Positions 51,461 through 63,346 of a DNA stretch of 64,000 nucleotides are shown one piece after another; the first letter of the stretch is position 1, and each line of letters opens with the position of its first letter. The stretch comes from Felis catus. Its lineage: Eukaryota. The translations under genes and the position numbers were made by a program. The stretch lies in the NCBI RefSeq assembly GCF_018350175.1, contig NC_058368.1, positions 226,426,001-226,490,000 of the forward strand, written 5' to 3'. The notes below the pieces were generated by a model that was not told where the DNA came from, ran no database searches, and was given only the letters and a program-made list of their open reading frames with translations.

Positions 51461-51677
51461 AAGCGGTGATTCCTTTAAACCTCATAATTATAAGCTGTTT
51501 TCTTGAAATGTGGATAATTGCATAGACTCTTGTGTTGGTGAGACAGAAGTTTGCTTCATCATATCCAACACTGCGTTTTGGACTTGATTCCTGGAAATAG
51601 GTACACATAACCCTGAGACCCTCAGATCCATGAAGGAACAAAAGAAAAAGAATATAAAACAAAATGATGGTGGTGAT

Positions 51678-51776
51678 GTATATATACACACACACACACA
51701 CACATACATACATATATATATGTGTGTGTGTGTGTGTGTATATATGTGTGTGTGTGTGTGTGTATACACACATATG
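51678..51776. repeat. Compound (TA)(CA)/(TG) microsatellite
   Basis: (CA)n, then TATATA, then (TG)n blocks. Confidence 0.95.
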
Positions 51777-52479
51777 CTACATTTATGCTTGACTATATAC
51801 TTAAATATCTTCTCAATTACAAATGGTGGGATGATACATATGCCAAAAAAACAATAAGGAAAAAAAAGAAAATTCCATCTCGTATGCTTCTTTATAAGCC
51901 CAATATCCTTCAGCATTCATTTCTGTTGGATGATAATGGGCCCAAATCCTTAATTTTAAAATGCTACAAACACATCTTCATATACTTAATGTTAGAATCA
52001 TGAATTTAACCAGAATAATCTACTTTTCTTCTTTAATGAGGAATCTGAGACTCACAGAAGTTACCTGACCCACCCAGGTTTCTGGTGAGAGCGGGGACTG
52101 AGGCACCCTTGCCACCCTCAGCTCTTTCTGACATGTCCACACAAGCATGACACTGTTACATTCTCTAAGGCAACTTTCACCAAGGCAATGACAAGGACTT
52201 CTGAGGAGGTGGAGAATGTGGCCGGCCAGAACTGTTCTAGTGACATCGGTGGTGAAGGAAGAGTCACTTCTGTGTTAAGCAAGCTAAAGGTTTTAGGGTC
52301 ACCATGCTAGAACCTAGTGCCCATCTGCCTATAAGAAACCCTCAGAATTAACTCATCAGGCCTCACGCTGCTGTTTACCTCAGCCATTGTCAACAGCTTC
52401 TTGTGAAATCTGATAGCCTTTGTTCTCACTGGCATCAATCCTGTCTCATGACCCAGAACTTCACTCTGCCTTTCCCTGC

Positions 52480-53770
52480 TAAGTCTTCCTATTATGATTC
52501 CTGACGCTCTCAGTCATCAACCCAGCACACAGCCCTGTCTCCTCAACTCCGCTGAATGCCCCCTTCACCTCCGTGCGTGAACTGACACCTGCTCCCTGAG
52601 CACACTGCTTCCTCTGTTGCCCTCTCCAGTGAGCAGTGAATTTTCCCCACGGTCCTTGAACCTCAGGGCTTGGAGTTGGGGTCAGTACCCTCCCTGATCT
52701 TGCTACTCCTCTTCTCTCACCCCCCTTGTTACAATGTCGTGTCCCTTTGAAGCTCGTGCCAACCAGTTACACCACCCTCATCATTGTCATGTTCATTGTC
52801 ACCCTCATGAATGACTCAGAGCAATCACTCTTGGACACTTCCGCAGCCAGTACTCTTGCCTTCCAGTTCCCTGACCTCCCCTCCAGGCGCCTTTTCTTCT
52901 ACTTTACCTTAGTCATCTTCTCCCAACATCACACCCAGGACCTGCTCACCTCTGGGAGTCGCATCACCTCTTGGTTCTCTACCACCCCTCGTAAACCTTC
53001 CAGCTTACGTGCCGGAAATGATCACAGGTCCGCGATTCCAAATCTTCAGCCTTCCTGACACTCTCATCTACTAACCCCATCACTTTCTCACTATTCCTCA
53101 CCCACCTTCTGTTTTCCCTTTTTCTTTTGCTCAGCCCAGATTTCTTGGGCCACCACTACTGTTGCTCTCATGCAAAAACCGTCACTCTCCTGCTTCTCTG
53201 TTCTGATGCTGTGTTCACCTGTCAAAACCCCAAATCTCACTGTTCCAACTCTCCACTTGCATCCTATGTAATTTGTGTTGCTGGCGAAAAATCATACAGC
53301 AGCCTGTTTCACTTTAAATTTATGACTGCAAATGTCTAGTCAAATCCCGATATTGCCCGGTAAGCCTGCTACATTTCCTTCCTAAAGTCACATCTCCACA
53401 TTATATATCCTTTCTTCTCAGACATCTCCCATGGCCACCTCCCCAACCCCAGCCTCTGTCTCAGAAATGCCCCTTATCTTTGCACAGGCAAATGCCTTCA
53501 CTTTGCCTGTAGATCTCATCCTCCCTTACTTCCTCAAGAATTTTGCTTCTGTGGTCGTGCTTGCTTCTCCTGTGTTACCAATCTCCCCATTTCAACCTCT
53601 CACTCCCATAAGCAAAAAATGCACACTCCAATCTCTCCACTTAAAGGAAAGGTCCTCCCTCAACTCTTCAGACGTCTTCCGCATCTGCCCCATTTTATAT
53701 TCTCCTTTATGGTGACTCGTCAAGGGATGGTCTGCATACATGGTCTCTACATCCTGGTTTCTCATTTCCA
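52480..53770 (+). mobile_element. L2 ORF remnant covering the endonuclease-proximal (5') region
   Basis: C/T-rich strand; degenerate translation 'PLHLRA*TDT...TASSVALSS...PHGP*TSGLGVGVSTL...FEARA' resembles L2 endonuclease motifs (LALTETW...GGGVG...FEAHAI); later 'tttcactttaaatttatgac' is L2 body. Confidence 0.75.
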
Positions 53771-54584
53771 TTTAAAATTTTTTTATTTTTAAAAGTTAAA
53801 GTAAGATTCTTACATAGTCTAAAAAGATGTATTTATTTTTAAATTTCTTCCCATAGACAGCAGCTTGTAACTCTCACTAAAATCACCTCTGATTGACCTT
53901 AAAAAAAAAAAAAAGCATGCTCACAAAGCACTTGTCTACTTCTAGATTTCTGACACTTGTATTGGCTCCTCAGTACTGAAAGGCCATTTTACTCTACTAT
54001 ATAGCACTCCTACACTCACCCGTACATTTCTCCTTTTCTCATCCTCCCAGTGTGGGTATGCCATACTTTTTGGTTAAACTCATGTTCAATGGTATGGAAA
54101 TATTAGATTGTTGTGTGCCATGCCTGTGCTGTGTTTTTTGAACACTTTAATTTTTTCTATAGTTATCGGTTGCTTAAATTTTCTAATTATTTTTCTCTTT
54201 ATCACAGATTCAATCTCCACTAGAGCTACACAACTTCTTTGTAATTTATTCAAACATATACTTGCAGTCTCAATTACTGTTGGTCAAATCCTTCCTGGAG
54301 TCTTCTATTCTCTGACTCGAAGTAGACCAGGGTGGCACAGGGGAGATCTATAATAAAAGAGGCCCTAGGGAATCACTGTTACAACTGCTTATGCAGCGTA
54401 TCTTAGAAATCTGCCTGGCCAAGAAGTCTAAGAAGGTGATAGTGAGATTATGAACAGCAACGGTTTCAGGATAAATGGAATCAGAGCACTACTTCGAACA
54501 GAATATTCCTGACTCCTTGGTGCAACATGGAAAGGCAAAGTCAGCTTCCAGCGCTGGTCAAAAATCTGGCTTGCTTTGTCTGTT

Positions 54585-54797
54585 CATTTGTTTTTGTTTT
54601 TGTTTTGAGAGAGAGAGAGAGTACATGCAAGTGTGCACATAAATGGGGGAGGGGTAGAGGGAGAGGAGAGAGAATCTCAAGCAGGATCCATGCCTAGGGC
54701 AGAGCCAACATGGGGCTCAATCCCACAACCCTGGGATCATGACCTGAACCAAAATCAAGAGTTAGACGCTCAACTGACTGAGCCACCCAGGAGCCCC
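54585..54797 (-). mobile_element. Can-SINE
   Basis: Full older SINEC with (GTTTTT)n tail. Confidence 0.9.
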
Positions 54798-55270
54798 TCC
54801 ATTCATTTGCATACTAAATTCCATTTCATTCATTTCTATACTAAATTCTTCAGAATATTAAAACTGTGTGAATATAGATTAATTGAAGAACAAAGTTTTA
54901 TAAGTCTGAACAGGAAAATCATTTTTATCTTTTGTACAGTAATTTCAGCCACAATTCCCAGACTCTATTTCCTCTGCTTTAATAAACACAGAACTCACTG
55001 ACCTCCTATTTTAGAGGTGCCCGTTGAACAAACAATATAACTGTGTCAAGCCTCTAAAACTCATTCCTGTGTCAGTAACTCTGAATTTGGTTTCTGGAGT
55101 TATTGTACTTAACAAATTGTTTTTTTCCCTAGAAAATAAGTACGTAATCATTGGACAATTACAACTCAACATATGGGATATTCTGAATTAGTAGAGTTCA
55201 AATGATTTACAATGTAAAATATACATATATAATACAGAAATATAAACAAATATAAAATTACATATATTTA

Positions 55271-55473
55271 TTTAAATTTTTTTAACGTTTATCATTTTTG
55301 AGAGAGAGAGTATAAGCAAGGGTCGGGGAGAGAGAGGGAGACAGAATCCAAAATATGCTCCAAGCTCTGAGCTGCCAGCACAGAGCCTGATGCGGGGCTC
55401 TAACCCATGAACTGTGAGATCATGACCTGAGCCAAAGTTAGCACTTAACCAACTGAGCCACCCAGAAGCCCCC
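55271..55473 (-). mobile_element. Can-SINE inserted at the centre of an AT-rich palindrome
   Basis: TSD aaaattacatatattta (55254-55270) / aaaattatgtatattta (55474-55490). Confidence 0.93.
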
Positions 55474-55650
55474 AAAATTATGTATATTTATATAACTTTA
55501 TATTTGTTTACATTTTTGTATTATATATGTGTATTTTACATTGTGTATATTATATATATAATATACACCTTCCCCTCCCCCACCCCTATCCCGGATTCTA
55601 CCGGAGATTCCTTCCAGTAACACAAATATGGCTTCCTTAAGTTCAGTAAA

Positions 55651-55674
55651 TGTAAACAAGTTGCCATGGCTAAC
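55651..55674. promoter_or_regulatory. Candidate forkhead site plus RFX X-box-like element
   Basis: TGTAAACA (55651-55658) followed by GTTGCCATGGCTAAC (55660-55674). Motif match only. Confidence 0.35.
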
Positions 55675-56205
55675 CTTTAGCTTTTTATTTTGGATGAATG
55701 ATTATATACTGAATTGACCATTACTATTGCTATTTATTCAGTGAAACCAACCACAATTTGCTTTATTTTAAGTAAAGAAATGTAGACACAGCAATGGAAA
55801 ATAACCCATTTACTCCCCTCCCCAAACCTTCTTTGTAGATTGAGGCTTCCCTTGGAGGGAAGTTCCAAAAGAGGACTGGTCAAAGAAATCATTTGTTTTA
55901 CTCAAAACACACATGATGTGGCGATCGGTTTTCAAATACATTTTTGACAAACACAAGTAGGACATCTGGAATTGAGGTAGGGATGATTAGGTTTGGGAGA
56001 GAAGAACAATAAATGGAAATTTCAGAAATCTTTACTGAAAAAACAAGTATTCTAAGAGTAAGTGGTTCTGTCTTTAAAATGAAATTGCTTTTTCAAGTAA
56101 GAAAATGCTTCTTGAGCTCCACTATAGAACAAACTGATTTTCCATGATGATTCTTGGGCAAAAGCTAAAACTCAAATCTTAAGCACTTTTTAAAAAGACA
56201 ATGCA

Positions 56206-56410
56206 GGGGCACCTGGGTGGCTCAGTCGGTTGAGCATCCGACTTCAGCTCAGGTCATGATCTCGCGGTCTGTGAGTTCGAGCCCCGCGTCGGGCTCTGTG
56301 CTGACAGCTCAGAGCCTGGAGCCTTATTCGGATTCTGTGTCTCCCTCTCTCTGACCCTCCCCCGTTCATACTCTGTCTCTCTGTGTCTCAAAAATAAATA
56401 AATGTTAAAA
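56206..56410 (+). mobile_element. Can-SINE (SINEC_Fc2-like)
   Basis: Perfect TSD aaaaagacaatgca. Confidence 0.96.
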
Positions 56411-58059
56411 AAAAAGACAATGCAGATGTTTATTGTTTAAACTTATACTGTCACTAGTTTGTTGACTCTATCTGAAAGACTTTAACATGCTCAAAAATAT
56501 ATACTCAAATTTATTTTGTAAGAATTATGATGAAAATACCCCAAATTATTTTAATCTATGTAAAATTCTAACTTATTGATATGAAGCACTTTTTAAAAAT
56601 GGGTCATGGATGGTTTTCCTTAGAACTCAAAATGGCCGGAAACCAACAACTGGGAAGCACATTTCCTGAAAAGCCACTCCCTGTGATGGACAAGAGAAAA
56701 ATTGCTCCTAAACCATTCTTTTCCCTGTTCAATGACACAGCTTTTCTAGTCTACTCTGGACATAGTAATAATAAGACCCACCACAAGAATATATGTCGAA
56801 AACTGCATCAACAATTATCAATAAATAAGGATTTTGCCCACCAGCTAAGAGAAAAACAAAAAAAAATCAATGAACAGTCATCTGACACAACAAACTTCAT
56901 ATCACATTGATTTAGTAGGAAATAACATTCTTTCAATCTTCAGAAGTGGGACCCTACAATTGTAAGACATCACCCCTAGAGAGATGTTCCTTTGTTCATA
57001 CCTTAAGGCATGGCCCATTTTTTTTATTTCTGGCTGAAATCTCTTCCGGTTTCTTTGGCTTTGGAACCATGACTTTCTGAAGCCATTTCACCTGCGGTAG
57101 AAAGCTGACTACAGCAGCTGTGGCTATGCATGCGTTCTGTGGAAGGGGATGGAGGCTCAGAGATTCGCTGTACCTACAATGATACTTGAACTAATTTGGG
57201 GGGATATAAAGAACTGAGGACAATGCCCATGAACCACTGGAGAAGAGAACTTGGCAGGAGAGGAAAATAAACAATTAGAAAAGGATTATAAAGATAAGAA
57301 GAGCGGTGATTCTGGGAGCAGTGCCCTTGAGAAGCCAGGAGATGTGTTCTTGACCAGAGGTGGACACTTGGTTTTATTTTGTTTGGTTGTTGGAGTACAT
57401 GGGTGGGGAGCGAGATTGTGTGGCTAATTTCCTACAATCCCCTAATTATAGAGAGGATGATTAGTGTTGCCCTAGACTAAGTGCAATAAAAACGCTTCTT
57501 GCACAAATGAGTACCATGCCAATATAAGAAAAATGTTATTCAACCTCGGAATTTACTTTTTTGTTTTTTACCAGACTAGGGGTTTGCACACTATATATAG
57601 CCCACTTCCTTAAAAGGGAAATTCTTGTGTGTCTCCTAGGACCCGAAAGTTCTATGTATCGAGCTTTTACATTTCGATTCAACTTCTCTTTCACTATTCA
57701 AAACTGTGCCATGTGTATTGTAATATTTCAACTCTGACAATCTCATAACAAGTTTGAACGCAGCAGCTGTTTACTATTTCATGCTAATTGAATGTGATTC
57801 CCATCATTGTCAATTTTACTCTTTTACTTCCCGATCACTTAACTACAAATAAGAGAAAGACACAGGTGGACTATAGGGAATACAGTTATCCGTACATTAT
57901 TAATTGATGAGTCTCAACTATAAACACTTTTTGGAGTAAAGATTAAGAGCTACATTATTTGACATACTAAAGGTTAATATCCAGGTGCATTTAATTTTAA
58001 GCTTGCATGGTGGCCGCAGCGTAGAGTGAAAATCATGCAACAACATCTGAAGGTATAGG

Positions 58060-58195
58060 TGGGGGGTTGCCCCTACTTTCACTGCTAACTAACTGAATCA
58101 TTTACATCTCAGTTTCTTTTTATGCAAAATGAAAATGAAAACATCCTTTCTCACCAGGTTGTTACCAGGAAGAATGGAATAACGTGTGTGAAATA
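58060..58195 (+). mobile_element. MIR
   Basis: 'atctcagtttctttttatgcaaaatg...caggttgttaccaggaagaatggaataacgtgtgtgaaa'. Confidence 0.65.
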
Positions 58196-58196
58196 T

Positions 58197-58262
58197 ATTT
58201 TTTTAATTTTTATTTATTTTCTTTCAATATATGAAGTTTATTGTCAAATTGGTTTCCATATC
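58197..58262 (-). mobile_element. Extremely 5'-truncated feline L1 (L1_Fc-like) 3' end
   Basis: T-rich tail then 'aatatatgaagtttattgtcaaattggtttccata', the recalled cat L1 3' terminus; candidate TSD tgtgaaatat / tgtgaattat. Confidence 0.75.
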
Positions 58263-58925
58263 ATGTGAATTATCTCCAATTTAATTTTCTATTTGGAAAA
58301 TGCATTATGTTTGCATATTGAGCTTCCTGGAACAAAGCATAATAATATACAGTGATTAGGAAGTAGAAATTAAGCTACAAGTATAATTAGTGAGCCACAG
58401 GGATCCAAGGGTTAAACACCAAAATTCCAAATTGGTGGCTTGATAGTTTACTGCAGTTCTAGAATTCTTATCTTGATAAATATTAGCATTATGCCTTGTT
58501 ATGTGTAAGCAACCAACATAAGACTATTTAAAACACAACTTGTGAATACACTCCTGAACTTAGAAGGAAGCTGGCCCACTTAAGGTTCTTTTCTTTCTTT
58601 TGTGTTGATGTTGGTGCCATGAAATTATAAGAAACATATGAGAGAAATTATAGTTAAAAAATGTGAGAATTTTTTTCCTGCCTCACCATCACATATGTTG
58701 AGCCCCAGACACAATTATCCTTTTAGAATGTATTACAGATGCAGCGCTTAGCAAATGGGTGCAAGATGTTTGTTCAGATATAAACTTGCAGGCCAATGCT
58801 ACGGGAGGCTGGCAAAAGCTTTTAGCAGGCAACGTTTCTTGTAGGTTGCCAACCCAGATCATTTTTTTTCCCTGAGAGTTTTGGCAGCTGTCTTCCATCG
58901 CTTCAGATTGCACTTATAATTGGTT

Positions 58926-58939
58926 GTTTCCATGGCAAC
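58926..58939. promoter_or_regulatory. Canonical RFX X-box motif
   Basis: GTTTCCATGGCAAC matches GTTNCCATGGNAAC in unique sequence; function not shown. Confidence 0.45.
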
Positions 58940-60890
58940 ACAGACTTTAAACCATAGTCTTCCTTATTAACTAGATATAAAATGAAGGTGTGCTCTAAGT
59001 GAAATGGGCTTTGGGGGGGGGAACAGCAATTAGGATAAAATCTACCACACTTTTCTATACAATGTTAATTCTGCACCCAAGAGTAGTACACTCATGATGT
59101 ATTAACCCACGTTGGTGGGCATGTACCTTGACTTCTTCCTGTTAATGTTTCACTTAACAAAGGGCTCTGCACCCAGATTTATTTATTTATCATCCCACTT
59201 CTTATTATTACTAATATTATTATTATTAAATACAAGAACAAAACTTTCGCTCACATGCTAAATGAAGAAAACTCACAATATAACACAGGTGTCTATTTTT
59301 AATTCTGGGAAATCATCTAAACTGAAATCTGTTTCAAGCTTTACTAGTTAAAAACCCAGTAGTTTCAGGTGGAAAATTCCACAATCAGACTATTGCTGCG
59401 CCTGTATGTCTAGAACTTCCGGTATGTCCAAGTACAAATCTACCACAAATGAAATGTAGAAGAACCACCAGAATGTTCTGATAATAAAATTGCAATGAGG
59501 TTGCTTTGGCCAACTTTATCTACATGTAAAAAGGCTACTATTCTTGCTTTTATTTATTAAAAAGTGTGCAACTGACATGCCTGGTCCATATTCTATTCCT
59601 GTGCCTCTCTAAGGTTTGAAATTAGCTGAAATAACTGTGTAATCACGGTTATTTGTGTATGAAATCTGTAGTTTTTCCTGTCAAATAATGTGAATCACAG
59701 ACATCTAGCACCTGAAATCCATTTCTAATTCCCATTCCATCCCATCCCTAAAGAATGGAGGTTTCTAAGATGAGGAACTAATGAATAATGAAGATCACAG
59801 ATAAGGTCAAGGATCGAAAGTGTACGCTATCTTTGGTGAAAGGATGTAAAGAGTGGGAGAAATCTGTGGAAAGGCACATTCCCCACCATGATGTGTGATG
59901 ATGGTGTCTGGGGTCGGGAGGGAGGAGGTGGGAGAGGAAGGAGAAGTGTAGGGGAGGGGCAGATAGTAACCTCAGAAACATGATGATTGTCAAAAATGCA
60001 TGACATCAAAAATACATGTAATAAATTGCACAAGGTAGTATTTTCCATCAAATCGCAAGCAAAAAAGCAATTTGAACATTTTTGTGCAATTCAACTAATC
60101 ACTATATTTTTACCTATTTTGTTTGCCCAAAGGTTCACATGTACACCCTTTACATTGTTCAAGGCACAAATATTCTTTTTCCTTTTAGTTATTTGACATT
60201 TATGCCATGATCAGTCATGATATCTTTTTTGTAGTTGTATTATGTGAAAATTATGTCAAACAATGTTTTCCTATTATCTACCTGGCAACCTATCAAAGGC
60301 TCTGCCTGTCCAACAAACTGTTCATTTCATATTCTCTCACTAAGCTCCCTTCACAGCTCTAACTTCTTCTCTTCTCACCTCCTTCAGAATTTCTGGAAAA
60401 CACAGTGAAACAGAGACAGAGGGGCTGGTGTCCCAAAGGTCAAGAGAAACAACTGAACTCTAGCCTGCAGAGTGGTTCAGGACCATGGACAACTGCAGAC
60501 AGACCTGCCTCCACCTGCACATGCAAAGGTCAGAATCACAGACAGCCAGGAAGAAACTCTGCTCTTATTACTTGGTAATTAGTCAGCGCTTGCTATTAAA
60601 TTTTTATTATTTGTATGCTGTCAAAATTCTTCCTACAGCCAGGTTCACATAATTTCATTCAAGTATCATCCTCATAGGAAAATAAGGAGCTGGTTAAAAC
60701 TTACCAGGGCTGGTAAGGAATCTAGACTCCACGCTATGGTGGGGACATGACAAGCTCGGATACGGAATTCAAAAAGGGGAGAAAAAATTCTGAAGTCCAG
60801 GGCCATAGCTAGTGAGATGGGACCTAGGAACTGAGGGGAACAGTAAAATCTGAAATAAAAACCATATCTAGGTCAATATATGTAGTAGGT

Positions 60891-61089
60891 GGGGCGCCTG
60901 GCTCAGTTGGTTAAGCATCTGACTCTTGATTTTGGCTCAGGTCATGATCTCTCAGTTTGTGACATCGAGCCCCGCATCAGGCTCTGGGCTGAAGGCACAG
61001 AACCTGCTTGAGATTCTCCCTCTCCCTCTCTCTGTGTCCCTCTTATGCTCTCTCTCCCAAAATAAATAAATAAATACACGTTAAAAAAC

Positions 61090-61090
<1 letters not shown>
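60891..61090 (+). mobile_element. Can-SINE inserted in the 5' end of an MLT1D LTR
   Basis: TSD atatatgtagtagg on both sides; head lacks 4 nt (ggggcgcctg-gctcag). Confidence 0.92.

Positions 61091-61092
<2 letters not shown>

Positions 61093-61133
<41 letters not shown>
61093..61133. repeat. (TA)n microsatellite
   Basis: About 20 TA units between the SINE tail and right TSD. Confidence 0.95.
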
Positions 61134-61138
<5 letters not shown>

Positions 61139-61806
61139 AGGCTGAATAGTGTCCCTCCAAAGATGCCCATGTCCTAATTCCTGGAACCTGTAAATATGTT
61201 ACTTTATATGGTACATGGAGTGTGCAGGTTGAATTGAGGATGTTGAGATGATGACACTACCCTGGATTATCTGGAAAGGCCCAATGTAATCACAAGGGTC
61301 CTAGTAAGAGGGAGGCAGTTGGGTCCGAGTTAGTAGAAGCAGAGGTGATAACAGAGAGAGGGAGGGCCATGAGTCAAGGAACAGAGGTAGTCTATAGAAG
61401 CTGAAAAAAAAAAATCAAGGAAACCTTATTGCCTAAGAGCCTCAGGAGGAATGCAGTGTTGTCAAAACCTGATTTAGACTTCAGATCTCCAGATCTGTAA
61501 GACCTGCATTTCTTAAAGCCATTATATTTGTGGTAATTTTCTACCGCATCAAAAAATAAAATAAGGGGCGCCTGGGTGGCTCAGTCGGTTAAGCGTCCGA
61601 CTTCAGCTCAGGTCACGATCTCATGGTCCGCAGTTCGAGCCCCGCGTTGAGCTCTGGGCTGATGGCTCAGAGCCTGGAGCCTGCTTCCAATTCTGTGTCT
61701 CCCTCTCTCTCTGCCCCTCCCCCATTCATGCTCTGTCTCTCTCTGTCTCAAAAATAAATAAACGTTAAAAAAAATTAAAAAAAATAAAACAAAAAAATTG
61801 AATACA
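61133..61806 (+). mobile_element. MLT1D solo LTR, with a SINE near its 3' end
   Basis: 'tgtagtaggctgaatagtgtccctccaaagatgcccatgtcctaattcctggaacctgtaaatatgttac...cctggattatctgg...tgtggtaatttt'; probable terminus 'gaataca' after the SINE. Confidence 0.88.
61565..61795 (+). mobile_element. Can-SINE, fairly young feline copy
   Basis: CpG-rich head and 'ctctgggctgatggctc'; A-rich tail. Confidence 0.96.
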
Positions 61807-62279
61807 ATACACACAAGAAAAAGCCATGCGCAAAGAGAAGGAAAGGAGATCAAACAACACGGAAATATTTTTGAGCGGGAGGGCTCCTGTATTGTTGCCT
61901 TCTCCTGTCCATTTCCTTAGTTGACTGGGATATCCAGTAAGTATGTCCTTCCTTTACTCACTTATCTTTTCCCCCAAGTAGACTAGACCACCCAGAACCA
62001 TTATGAAGCACCCATTTCGTTCATATGGTCCCACTCTGCTGTATAATAAACAATGGCAATTGGTAAGGAATTCAGTAGGTTGTACTCCAGGCCACTTATA
62101 ATTTCTTACATTTTTTGAAGATCCTGAGTTTTGAAAAAAAGTGCTTAGAGCAAAATATTTAAAGTGAAGCCAAATTCAGTAAGGTTGGGTGCAACTGAGT
62201 AAGTGCAACGCAAATAAAGGAACTTTTTTTTTTTTTTTTTGACGATCTGGTCTTTTCTCTCTGTTTAAATGTCAAGTAG

Positions 62280-62499
62280 TTTTATTTTATTTAAAAAGAT
62301 TTTTTTAATGTTTATTGTAGTTTTGAGAGAGAGGCAGAGACAGAGTGCGAGCAGGGGAGGGAGACAGAGAACCCGAAGCAGGCTCCAGGCTCTGAGCTGT
62401 CAGCACAGAGCCCGAGGCAGGGCTCGAACCCATGAACTATGAGATCATGACCTGAGCCGGAAGTAAGACGCTTAACCGACTGAACCACCCAGGCGCCCC
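62280..62499 (-). mobile_element. Can-SINE
   Basis: Full SINEC on the reverse strand. Confidence 0.93.
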
Positions 62500-62789
62500 T
62501 AAATTTTTAAAAAGCATTTTAGACCTCAGAAAGAAGGGTCATACTATTTTCATAGCTCCTGGTCCCGACAGAGGTGTTCAGAGCATCGAAGAGGCACTGA
62601 AAGAATGTATGTCAACGAGAGATAGAAAGAACTAATATGCAAATAAGGAGGGGAATAATGAAGGGTATTTGGGGGCAGAACAGCATGGTAAATACAAGAT
62701 TGGTGGGAACTGGCTCTTTCCTCCAGTAATTCCAATCAGGTATGGAGTCTGGGGAACCACTGAACTACAGTCTATGCCAACATATTTTT

Positions 62790-62940
62790 AAATTCATGCA
62801 ATCACACCATGAAGAGGGCATTATTATACCCATTTTAATAAACTTAGAGATCTAAGTAACTGGCCCACGTTGACATAGCTGGTATGGCGGGGCCACAGGG
62901 TCTAATTTAACAATCTCTGACTCCAAAGCCGTGCTTTTTC
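62790..62940 (-). mobile_element. MIR
   Basis: 'ttattatacccatttt...cttagagatctaagtaactggcccacgttgacatagctgg...tctgactccaaagcc'. Confidence 0.8.
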
Positions 62941-63346
62941 AATCATGCCTTTCGGTGAAGAGTGTACGTGAAGCCTTTTAGTTTAACTACTTGTCTTCCA
63001 TGCTTTGGAAAGATAAGGTTTTGGTTGTTCCTTTGCCAAGGGGTCAGGATGTGCACTGAAGACAGACAGTGGTCCAGCAGCCTTATAAACCACCAGCCCC
63101 TTTTCTCACTGATATACCAAGTATGCAATGGCTCAGCCTCCAGAAATATGAACAACGTTCTCACCTATAAACCTGCACACATAACATCTCCCTTGGGTTT
63201 AACTATCCTGTACCATTAAGTGGAGCAAGAGGAAGTTGAAACTGCTAGAAAAATAGGAGTATAGAGAATGTGCACTAATATTGCTCCCATAATTCTGATG
63301 TATGATTTATCAATTTATGAGATTTTTAGTTCATTTATGGATTTTC

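Noticed and set aside
60388..60578. Acceptor-like site followed by a ~60-codon open frame
   Set aside because: Translation resembles no known protein; no strong donor; not supportable without expression data.
1079..62499. Recurring peptides such as 'GAWVAQSV...SSPASGSVLTAQSLEPASDSVSPSLS' and 'GGAEREGDTESETGSRL' that look like a gene family
   Set aside because: They are Can-SINE consensus translations, each bounded by a TSD and poly-A.
1137..62499. Dispersed near-identical repeats as a CRISPR array or novel repeat system
   Set aside because: Units are ~200-bp retroposed SINEs at irregular spacing and mixed orientation; no repeat-spacer periodicity, no cas genes, eukaryotic context.
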